A DNA stretch of 64,000 nucleotides from an uncultured Bacteroidales bacterium (GTDB lineage Bacteria > Bacteroidota > Bacteroidia > Bacteroidales > JAGOPY01), in contig CAWGKX010000006.1 of the NCBI GenBank assembly GCA_963823285.1, positions 87,648-151,647 of the forward strand, read 5' to 3'. The notes under the pieces were generated by a model, which was given only the letters and a program-made list of their open reading frames with translations, did not search any database and was not told the DNA's origin. The translations under genes were made by a program, and so were the position numbers. Position 1 is the first letter of the stretch. Each line of letters opens with the position of its first letter. Below, one piece after another: positions 29,101 through 36,029 of the stretch.

Positions 29101-32100
29101 GCTTCCGCCATTTGTTGGAGTCGGGACAGAAAGGATATTGCCGCATATATCTTTGACCACAGGCAGGGTAATAGGTGCTGTGGCATTGGCCAGACACTGA
29201 ACGGTACCGCCATTGGTTGAAACCGGTCCGCCGGACTCGGCAGGTGGAGTGGTATGAGTGAGGTTGAAAACCTGTGTGCATGTGTTGGGATTACTGCAGG
29301 AATCCGTTACCTGGTAAGTCCGCGTGACAGTTAATGCACATGTCCCTTCGACTGTCTGTCCTAAATAACTAAAGGTATAGATATCACCACAATTATCAGT
29401 GGCTGTTCCACCTGCAGCGCGAAATGCTCCTATGTTTGCATAAGGAGCTGGTAAGTCTGCAACGCACTGATAGCTTGAACTGCCGGGAGGACAGGTAATC
29501 GAAGGAGCTATTGAATCCTTCACCGTAATCGTCTGTGAGCAATCTGCGTGATTTCCGCTTTGGTCAGTGGCTCGGTAAGTTCGCGTAATAGTGAATTTAT
29601 TTGGGCACGTCTTATTTGTGATAACGTCTCCCTGCCATGTAATAAGAATATCAGCAGGTAGGGTACAATCGTCAGTCGCGGTCACAGAAGAAGTATTTTC
29701 CGGAGGTACTGCTGAAGCACAGGCAACAGTCAAATTCGCCGGGCATGTAATATTTGGCGCAGAGTTAGGTGGCAGCGTACTGAATGAAATATCATCTAAG
29801 CCAAAATCATTTCCTCCCGCAATGGTTTGAAGATCAACGATTCTTATTACTGCAGAAGTGTTGCTGCCTGAATTCCAAACAGAATAGAATCTATTCCAGA
29901 CGAAAGGTCCTGCAGTTGTGGTGGCTCCTGGAGGCAATTGAAAAGGATATCCCAGCAGAATGCCATTTATACTGAATTGCAAAAATGCGTACGTATTATT
30001 TGCCTGGTTTAAACTCATTGCCCAGGCGTTAAAATAGTAATTGGTGTTTGGTGTGACCGTAATATTCTCTTGCCATACTGTTATACCGGGAGAGACATTG
30101 CCATTTATAGCCATATAAAGGCCAGTGCCCGGGTTTGTGTGATCAGTACCGAAAAAATTGGTATGTTGTGCATTAGAATTAGGTGTAACTGCATAAAGTC
30201 CTTCAGGCACCAGATCTGCCGGAGCATAAATATATGCAGATGTAAAACCTGTATTTCCCGCCGTAAAGTTTCCATTCGTGACAAGTTCACCGCCAACATT
30301 AACGTCTTGTGTATTTGAGCATCCGCCCGCAGTTGTGACGGTAACAGTATAAATACCTGCCTGATGCGCAATAATGGATTGTGTGGTCTCTCCTGTATTC
30401 CATAAGTAAGAGGCAAATGCGGGATCGACCGTCAATTGAATATCGACATTTTGTATACAATTATTTGAATTTATTGTAAACGAGGGCGCTGTACCTCCCG
30501 ACACTGTCACAGTCACTGTTCCGCAGGCTGAATTCAGGTTACATGGACTGCCGGATTCATAGCGGCCCCAATATTGTGTAGTACCAGCTGGTGTTACTTT
30601 TAAATTATCTCCTGTCCCAACGAGAGTACCGCCGCAACTTCCGGTATACCATTTAATCGTTTGTGCGCCTCCTCCTGCGCCTCCGCCACCCCCGGTCAAA
30701 GAAAGAATAGAAAAGCCCCCGGTACAGATCGAAGCAGGACTGGCAGCAGCCGTTGGAGCGCCAATTGCAGCGCATGCTGCACCGATAGCAAAATCACCGA
30801 AACCGGATAGTCCTGTAGCTGTTGTAGATGTTGCAAGTGGGTTAGTTGTTGTTGGTGAAGTCCAGGCGGAAGAAAAGAATCTTTTAACTAAAAAGTTCGC
30901 AGTGATGTTCTTAGCTGAGGGATCTATATCAACCGGAGTTACCCAGCCAATAAAAGTAAATGTAGCAGTGTATGTTCCTATTGCAAGAGCGCCTCCTGCA
31001 GTTAAAGTCCAGTAACGGTTAACATCATTGGCAGGATCAATGCCTGAAGTATTAATATTAGGATGTTCAGTTTTAGTGTTTTTGGCTGTTAAAGTTCCGG
31101 CAACTGTTACATTTAGTGCCGTAATGGCGATAGGAGTGTAGCTAAGCGAATCTCCAATGTAAAACGTCTTGGATTGGCCGGCTCCGGTCCCTAATGTCCA
31201 CTCTAAATTTCCATAAACATACAAGCCGGCTCCTGCTCCAACCACACTTGCAGCTGTGCCAAGAGTCAGTTTATTTGCTCCTGTCGTGATTTTTCCGCTT
31301 GTGAAGGTGAGTATACCTGTAACAGTTGCATTCACCCCATTTAGCTTAACTCCCCCGGTATTATCGATGGTTAAATTAGTAAATGTCGTCGCACTTGAAC
31401 CGCTTATAGTCTGTGCTCCTCCATTGAAAACTATAGTACCTGTGTTTGCGGTAAATGTGCCATTGTTTGTCCAGTCACCGACTAAACTAAGTGTATTTAT
31501 CGAACCAAGCAATATCCCGCCTGTGTTTATAGTAAGCTTACTCGCTGTTGAAGCAGCATTGACGGTTATTGTATGCCCGCTGAGAATGGTAATGGAAATG
31601 GCGGCATTGGTAGGTACAACGGACGAAGTCACCCATATGACATTATCGGTTGAGATTTCCCAAGTATTTGCAGTGTTCCAGTTACCTGTGATCCTTGAAC
31701 GAAAATAATTGGCAAAAGGTTCACCGATCTGGAAATCACTGAAACTCGTAAGCCCCGTAGCTTGTGTAGTCGTCGCCGTTCTTGTCCCGGTAGTTGTTGA
31801 GTTCCATACGGAAGAAGCGAACCTTTGAATGATGAAGTTCGCAGTATTAGCTCCGGCATCCAGATCACCGGGGTTAATAAAAGTAAACGTGGCGTTATAA
31901 TTCGATAAAACAAGCCCTCCACCGGAGGCTAATGTCCAGTAACGATTAACTGATCTTATTGGTGCAATGTTGGAGCTGCCAATGTTCGGATGATCGCCGG
32001 CAGTTGTGCGCGCCATTGTAGTTCCGGGAGTGGTCACACTATTGAAAGTAATGGAAACCGGTGTATAAGCCGTCTCATCACCGATTGCAAAATTTTTGGT

Positions 32101-33465
32101 TGTTGTACCTGCTGGAATTGTCCATTCTAAATTTCCAATTACCCATCCTGTACCTCCACCGACAACAGTTGCCGATGAACCAAGCGTTAACTTAAAGAAT
32201 GGACCTGAAGTTATATTCCCACTGGTGAATGTAAGCGTGCCGTTCACAATTTCGCCAAATGAATCTACCAATGAGACCCCGGTGGCATTGTTGACTATCA
32301 AATTATTAAAGGCTGTCACTGTGAGGCCTGTAATAAACTGCTGAGCAGTACCATTGAAAGTCACCGTTCCGGTCCCGGCTGTGAAAGTCCCGTCATTTCC
32401 AAAATCACCGCCCAGGGTCAGATTAAAATTACCCGTATTTAAACTCCCGTTGACTATTTCGAGATTGACTGCGGCATTAAATGTTTTTGCCCCATTTAGC
32501 GTGATAACACCGGTATTTGTAATGATCACCCCACCGGTTGCCGCAAAAGGTGTTATCCATTCCAGCCCTGCCGTACGCGAACTGGCTGTATTGTATTGCA
32601 AAGTTGCTGCCGCGCCGTAAGTCGGTGCTACAGAAGCAGTAGCAGTTCCTTCCATGGAGAGGATACCTCCCACAGTCACTCCGGTTGTAGTTTTTATATT
32701 CGAACCGGGACCACCGGAAAGTGTTAGATTAGTATACGTTGATGGTTTGACAGTTTGTGCCCCGGTTCTGCTATAATTGACCGTTGCCCCGGTTCCGTTG
32801 AAAGTTGTTGTAAATACTCCGCTGTTCCCGGTCGTTCCGAATGGCGTTGCACCACCAAGCACTAAGTTGGGATTGAAATTTCCTAAAGTCAAAGTTGCTA
32901 TACAAGCTGCATTGCTCGCTGTAACGGGTGTAATTGTCCCGTTTACAGTTACCATTCCGCTATTTTCTATGAACGAGGAATTATCTGAAAATGTGCCGGA
33001 TCTGCTGCTTGTAATGGTCAAATTGCCTGTAATAGTAAAATTCAGGATAGTTGAGGTCATTATAGTTGTTCTGGTACCCGTCGGTGTAACAGCAGTGCCA
33101 ACATTTGCTGATGCACAGGCTAATGTCCCGGCACCTTCTATTAAACAAGCAGTATTTCCTCCTGCTGCACTGTTTAAAGTCACGGCATTTGTAACTGTAA
33201 CCGTGATTCCGCTGTTAATATTTAGAGTTGCAATAGCCCCGTTAAAAGTAATTGAGAGACAGGTAGTAGTCACATCGCCTGTCAGGGTAATTCCGTTCGG
33301 AATTACCACATCATCGCCTGAACCGGGAACACCGGTTGGTGTCCAGGTACTTCCGGTATTCCAGTTTCCTGTAAATGCAGTTTTAGTAATTGCATGCGTC
33401 AATGAAACTGTAAATAATAAAATTAGTACAGTCAGTGCTGCTTTTAACAAAGAACTCGTCTTCAT
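21826..33465 (-). CDS. Giant secreted adhesin-like protein (about 3879 aa): beta-helix-like head, CBM-like domain, HYR-like Cys domains, 25 x 82-aa repeats, conserved C-terminal module with dockerin-like end
   Basis: One uninterrupted ORF runs 21826..33549. I prefer Met29 (ATG at 33463-33465), which gives the signal peptide MKTSSLLKAALTVLILLFTVSLTHA. No T9SS C-terminal domain is recognisable at the C-terminus (...GDYNLNGDCNYNDRTTWEFNNGKFSSVPKN). Confidence 0.9.
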   Translation of the reverse strand: MKTSSLLKAALTVLILLFTVSLTHAITKTAFTGNWNTGSTWTPTGVPGSGDDVVIPNGITLTGDVTTTCLSITFNGAIATLNINSGITVTVTNAVTLNSAAGGNTACLIEGAGTLACASANVGTAVTPTGTRTTIMTSTILNFTITGNLTITSSRSGTFSDNSSFIENSGMVTVNGTITPVTASNAACIATLTLGNFNPNLVLGGATPFGTTGNSGVFTTTFNGTGATVNYSRTGAQTVKPSTYTNLTLSGGPGSNIKTTTGVTVGGILSMEGTATASVAPTYGAAATLQYNTASSRTAGLEWITPFAATGGVIITNTGVITLNGAKTFNAAVNLEIVNGSLNTGNFNLTLGGDFGNDGTFTAGTGTVTFNGTAQQFITGLTVTAFNNLIVNNATGVSLVDSFGEIVNGTLTFTSGNITSGPFFKLTLGSSATVVGGGTGWVIGNLEWTIPAGTTTKNFAIGDETAYTPVSITFNSVTTPGTTMARTTAGDHPNIGSSNIAPIRSVNRYWTLASGGGLVLSNYNATFTFINPGDLDAGANTANFIIQRFASSVWNSTTTGTRTATTTQATGLTSFSDFQIGEPFANYFRSRITGNWNTANTWEISTDNVIWVTSSVVPTNAAISITILSGHTITVNAASTASKLTINTGGILLGSINTLSLVGDWTNNGTFTANTGTIVFNGGAQTISGSSATTFTNLTIDNTGGVKLNGVNATVTGILTFTSGKITTGANKLTLGTAASVVGAGAGLYVYGNLEWTLGTGAGQSKTFYIGDSLSYTPIAITALNVTVAGTLTAKNTKTEHPNINTSGIDPANDVNRYWTLTAGGALAIGTYTATFTFIGWVTPVDIDPSAKNITANFLVKRFFSSAWTSPTTTNPLATSTTATGLSGFGDFAIGAACAAIGAPTAAASPASICTGGFSILSLTGGGGGAGGGAQTIKWYTGSCGGTLVGTGDNLKVTPAGTTQYWGRYESGSPCNLNSACGTVTVTVSGGTAPSFTINSNNCIQNVDIQLTVDPAFASYLWNTGETTQSIIAHQAGIYTVTVTTAGGCSNTQDVNVGGELVTNGNFTAGNTGFTSAYIYAPADLVPEGLYAVTPNSNAQHTNFFGTDHTNPGTGLYMAINGNVSPGITVWQENITVTPNTNYYFNAWAMSLNQANNTYAFLQFSINGILLGYPFQLPPGATTTAGPFVWNRFYSVWNSGSNTSAVIRIVDLQTIAGGNDFGLDDISFSTLPPNSAPNITCPANLTVACASAVPPENTSSVTATDDCTLPADILITWQGDVITNKTCPNKFTITRTYRATDQSGNHADCSQTITVKDSIAPSITCPPGSSSYQCVADLPAPYANIGAFRAAGGTATDNCGDIYTFSYLGQTVEGTCALTVTRTYQVTDSCSNPNTCTQVFNLTHTTPPAESGGPVSTNGGTVQCLANATAPITLPVVKDICGNILSVPTPTNGGSYAGCNGTYTWIYTYKDCANLEFVWTYTYTITYSGGLTPPVNTTATVSCPSNATDPGAPANITDACGRTVSAALVGKEQTPNPVNCNESIVWRYRYTACDGITTADWTKTYTVIYSGGLTPPVNTTATVSCPSNATDPGAPANITDACGRTVSATLVGKEQSPDPVDCNGSIVWRYRYTACDGITTADWTKTYTVIYSGGLTPPVNTTATVSCPSNATDPGAPANITDACGRTVSATLVGKEQTPDPVNCNGSIVWRYRYTACDEITTADWTKTYTVIYFGGLTPPVNTTATVSCPSNATDPGAPENITDACGRTVSATLVGKEQSPDPVDCNGSIVWRYRYTACDEITTADWTKTYTVIYSGGLTPPVNTTATVSCPSNATDPGAPGNITDACGRTVSATLVGKEQTPNPVDCNGSIVWRYRYTACDEITTADWTKTYTVIYSGGLTPPVNTTATVSCPSNATDPGAPGNITDACGRTVSATLVGKEQTPNPVDCNGSIVWRYRYTACDEITTADWTKTYTVIYSGGLTPPVNTTATVSCPSNATDPGAPANITDACGRTVSATLIGKEQTPNPVDCNGLIVWRYRYTACDGTTTADWTKTYTVIYSGGLTPPVNTTATVSCPSNATDPGAPGNITDACGRTVSATLVGKEQTPNPVDCNGLIVWRYRYTACDEITTADWTKTYTVIYSGGLTPPVNTTATVSCPSNATDPGTPENITDACGRTVSATLVGEEQTPDPVDCNGSIVWRYRYTACDGTTTADWTKTYTVIYSGGLTPPVNTTATVSCPSNAIDPGAPENITDACGRTVSATLVGEEQTPDPVTCNGSILWRYRYTACDEITTADWTKTYTVIYSGGLTPPVNTTATVSCPSNATDPGAPENITDACGRTVSATLVGKEQSPDPVDCNGSIVWRYRYTACDGTTTADWTKTYTVIYSGGLTPPVNTTATVSCPSNATDPGAPGNITDACGRTVSAILVGEEQTPNPVTCNGSIVWRYRYTACDGTTTADWTKTYTVIYSGGLTPPANTTATVSCPSNATDPGAPGNITDACGRTVSATLIGKEQTPNPVDCNGSIVWRYRYTACDGTTTADWTKTYTVIYSGGLTPPVNATATVSCPSNAIDPGTPENITDACGRTVSAILVGEEQTPDPVTCNGSILWRYRYTACDGTTTADWTKTYTVIYSGGLTPPANTTATVSCPSNATDPGAPANITDACGRTVPATLIGKEQTPNPVTCNGSIVWRYRYTACDGTTTADWTKTYTVIYSGGLTPPVNTTATVSCPSNASDPGAPANITDACGRTVPATLVGKEQTPNPVDCNGSIVWRYRYTACDGTTTADWTKTYTVIYSGGLIPPANTTATVSCPSNATDPGAPANITDACGRTVSATLVGEEQTPNPVTCNGSIVWRYRYTACDGTTTADWTKTYTVIYSGGLTPPANATATVSCPSNATDPGVPANITDACGRTVSATLVGEEQTPNPVTCNGSIVWRYRYTACDGTTTADWTKTYTVIYSGGLTPPANATATVSCPSNATDPGAPANITDACGRTVSATLVGEEQTPNPVTCNGSIVWRYRYTACDGTTTADWTKTYTVIYSGGLTPPVNTTATVSCPSNATDPGAPANITDACGRTVSATLVGEEQTPNPVTCNGSIVWRYRYTACDGTTTADWTKTYTVIYSGGLTPPANATATVSCPADATDPGAPANITDACGLTGPATLVGEEQTPNPVTCNGSIVWRYRYTACDGTTTADWTKTYTVIYSGGLTPPVNATATVSCPSNATDPGAPANITDACGRTVSATLIGKEQTPNPVTCNGSIVWRYRYTACDGTTTADWTKTYTVIYSGSLTPPVNTTATVSCPSNATDPGAPENITDACGRTVSATLIGKEQSPDPVDCNGSIVWRYRYTACDGTTTADWTKTYTVIYSGSLTPPVNTTATVSCPSNATDPGAPANITDACGRTVSATLIGKEQTPNPVTCNGSIVWRYRYTACNGTTTADWTKTYTVIYSSGLTPPANGLSTVSCSVDAVNPGAPANITDACGRTVSSVLVGSVTTPNPIICEGQVVWTYRYTACDGTTTADWTYTYTVSDNEPPTLNCPAGLSVICTAPDPYANYAAFVAAGGSASDNCGIDEGSFIWVSDVPSGNTIIRTYEIEDNCGNPATCQQIINISDLFVKTWVYLDGAAINPGGTQTYTVPMRTSLNNLKILPGQTYFSVFSGNVYTPPGQPYSGAPWNYNGTEGFGYDSHGNPNPGTANYPATVVDWVLVSLRSAPEGGNLCRKAALLHNDGHIEFVDGGFDCCSLNLDSSYYLVIEHRNHLIVMSADPVPIANDTLTFDFRNVQSYIDVITGLGYGQKEILPGIFAMYAGNGQQVIPASSVTDINFDDRTYWEGQNGTTGRYRTGDYNLNGDCNYNDRTTWEFNNGKFSSVPKN
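22873..29022 (-). repeat. Coding tandem array: 25 units of 246 bp (82 aa)
   Basis: The landmark ggagta[ag]ataaccgtgtaggtcttggtccagtcggc recurs at 23098, 23344, 23590 ... 29002, and (29002-23098)/246 = 24. Translation gives 24 near-identical units of the form TYTVIYSGGLTPPVNTTATVSCPSNATDPGAPANITDACGRTVSATLVGKEQTPNPVTCNGSIVWRYRYTACDGTTTADWTK, plus one divergent C-terminal unit. Confidence 0.95.
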
Positions 33466-33785
33466 AAAAATAAATCTTTTGGTATTTTTTTCAATGGCTC
33501 TTGTTTTGACGCTGCCATCAACCTGGGGAAAAGAGTAAATATTTTTCATGATTTTCTTTTTGGATTTAATACTTGGATCTTTTTTTATTGCAGGGGGGAA
33601 AATTCATTGAAACTATTAATTACGGGGGTGATAATGAATCACTGATTGAAGCTTCAAAATGGACATAATGATTCAAAAACCAGTAAGTGCTGAAAATCAT
33701 AATATTAGATAAAAAAAATTGTAATTATAAATTGGTTAATGACTTAGACTAAGGAAAGGTACAAAATATTTTAATACACAGCACA

Positions 33786-33830
33786 AAAAATATAAAAAAA
33801 AGCGCAAAAACATGAAATGTTAATGCGCTT
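33786..33830 (-). terminator. Rho-independent terminator after the copy-B 258-aa gene
   Basis: The stem aagcgca (33800-33806) pairs with tgcgctt (33824-33830). An inner stem pairs aacat with atgtt. On the minus strand a U-rich tract follows (plus-strand A-run 33786-33800). Confidence 0.75.
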
Positions 33831-33851
33831 CAGATAATAAATCTTAATGAT

Positions 33852-34628
33852 TTATGAACTCATCCTTCTCCTGTAAATGAACAATGTAACCACTGTCATC
33901 AGTCCGAGGCCCAGGAACAATGACCAGTTCGAAAGTGGTATCTTATGGCCGCAATTAGTGGACACACAGATGGTGCTCACGGGTTGACCAACAGAGTTTC
34001 CGTTAAAATTATATTCCCAGTTGAACTGGACGACGTTTTCGGTGGTTGGGGATGAATCTTGCTGACCGGTCTGATCGACAACCGTCATAACCACTCCGTC
34101 ATCACCTTGCAGGTAACCTCCTGACAGGAAATCTTCCTGCAGGTCCCAGATAATGGGTGGACAGAAATTATCCACTCCTTCCAGTGCAACTGGATCTTTT
34201 ACCCGGAAACAGATATGGAATAACTTGGTCCACGTGGTAGTGGACAAAGAGATAGTCGCAGGGCCAAACACCTGGACCTGCCCGTTGAACCATTCCAGCG
34301 GGCCGGAAAGGCCGAAGAAAGACCCGCTACCGGGAGCTTGTTGCTCAACCACGGGAGGTTCCAGAACGTTATATCCATCCTGGAAGTCACCTATTGACAG
34401 GTATTCAAGGATATTACCATCATAAAAGAAGCGGGCATTCATCCCAAATAGCTTCTGCCCGGGAGTATCGGAAATAAATTCGACGTCCAGGCAATAGGTT
34501 TGGGTGGGACAGTCGTAAACCGGGTTGGCAAAACGAACTGTCACCACAGGTAAAGCAGGTTGAGCCGCGACTTGAAATCCTGATAAAACCAGGATAAAAA
34601 GCACAGGCAGATAGATTTTAGTTTTCAT
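33852..34628 (-). CDS. Cohesin-like domain protein with C-terminal TM/basic tail (copy B)
   Basis: The 258-aa ORF differs from copy A at only a few residues: V65A, LGIGL to LGLGL, and the C-terminus RRRMSS versus RRRISG. Confidence 0.6.
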   Translation of the reverse strand: MKTKIYLPVLFILVLSGFQVAAQPALPVVTVRFANPVYDCPTQTYCLDVEFISDTPGQKLFGMNARFFYDGNILEYLSIGDFQDGYNVLEPPVVEQQAPGSGSFFGLSGPLEWFNGQVQVFGPATISLSTTTWTKLFHICFRVKDPVALEGVDNFCPPIIWDLQEDFLSGGYLQGDDGVVMTVVDQTGQQDSSPTTENVVQFNWEYNFNGNSVGQPVSTICVSTNCGHKIPLSNWSLFLGLGLMTVVTLFIYRRRMSS

Positions 34629-36029
34629 AATATGCTTATTTTATAATGATACAATAAATTGACATTCTTTGCAGGATAAATCCTGTGTTGGTTTGATAAG
34701 ATTAAAGAATATATGATCTTTCATGACCGTGGGAATTTAATTTTTGGGTACTGAAGAGAATTTACCATTGTTAAACTCCCAGGTGGTGCGGTCGTTATAA
34801 TTGCAGTCGCCGTTGAGGTTGTAATCGCCGGTGCGATAACGGCCTGTAGTGCCATTCTGACCTTCCCAGTAGGTTCTGTCATCAAAGTTGATATCAATAA
34901 CAGAACTGGCAGGGATCACCTGCTGACCATTACCGGCATACATGGCGAAGATGCCCGGGAGGATCTCCTTCTGTCCGTAGCCTAATCCGGTGATAACATC
35001 GATATAACTCTGGACATTACGGAAGTCGAAAGTGAGGGTGTCATTGGCGATAGGCACCGGATCAGCAGACATGACAATCAGGTGATTACGATGTTCGATG
35101 ACCAGGTAGTAGGAACTGTCGAAATTCAGGCTGCAGCAATCAAAACCACCATCCACAAATTCCACATGGCCGTCGTTATGCAGTAGTGCAGCTTTGCGGC
35201 ATAGATTTCCGCCTTCCGGGGCACTCCTGAGGGATACCAGCACCCAATCCACCACAGTGGCAGGATAGTTAGCAGTGCCAGGATTTGGGTTTCCATGAGA
35301 ATCATATCCGACGCCTTCAGTGCCGTTATAATTCCAGGGAGCACCAGAATAAGGCTGTCCCGGAGGAGTATATACGTTACCGGAAAAGACACTAAAGTAT
35401 GTTTGACCCGGCAATATCTTCAGGTTGTTGAGACTGGTGCGCATGGGCACGGTATAAGTCTGGGTACCTCCCGGATTAATCGCAGCACCGTCAAGATATA
35501 CCCAGGTTTTAACAAACAGATCGCTGATGGTGATGATCTGCTGGCATGTCACAGGATTACCGCAATTATCCTCAATCTCGTAGGTTCGTATGATTGTATT
35601 TCCGGATGGTACATCACTCACCCAGATAAAGGAACCCTCATCGATACCGCAATTATCCGAGGCGGAACCACCGGCAGCGACGAAGGCTGCATAGTTGGCA
35701 TACGGATCAGGGGCCGTGCATATCACAGAAAGGCTATCAGGGCAGTTCAATGTAGGAGGCTCATTATCGCTTACAGTATAGGTGTAAGTCCAGTCGGCCG
35801 TTGTGGTTCCATCGCAGGCGGTATAGCGGTATGTCCAGACAACCTGGCCTTCGCAAATAATCGGGTTAGGCGTTATCTGAGAGCCTACCAGAACTGGGGA
35901 CGCTGTTCTTCCGCATGCATCAGTAATATTAGCTGGGGCACCCGGATTCACTGCATCTACAGAGCAGGATACGGTGGATAATCCGTTAGCCGGCGGGGTA
36001 AGTCCGCTGGAGTAGATAACCGTGTAGGT
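33866..36029. repeat. Segmental duplication, copy B (partner 20954..23118)
   Basis: See copy A. Confidence 0.9.

Noticed and set aside
22384-33538. Sizeable plus-strand ORFs (22384..23070, 29591..29830, 31256..31708, 32096..32620, 32777..33538; likewise 35295..35981 and 37852..38223 in the paralog)
   Set aside because: They are antisense shadow ORFs inside the giant minus-strand genes. They have low-complexity or odd composition, no signal or domain features, and are duplicated only because the host gene is duplicated.
33646-33657. A 12-bp perfect palindrome ttgaagcttcaa in the promoter region of the 3879-aa gene, considered as an operator or invertible-promoter signal
   Set aside because: It is a single short palindrome with no flanking inverted-repeat pair that could bracket an invertible segment, and no nearby recombinase. 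A palindrome of this length can occur by chance in AT-rich DNA.
20954-36029. The segmental duplication as a transposon or other mobile element
   Set aside because: No transposase, integrase or recombinase ORF is present. I saw no terminal inverted repeats or target-site duplications at the boundaries. The duplication boundary falls inside a coding sequence, in the last codons of the 258-aa gene. Recombination between paralogous adhesin cassettes is the simpler explanation.
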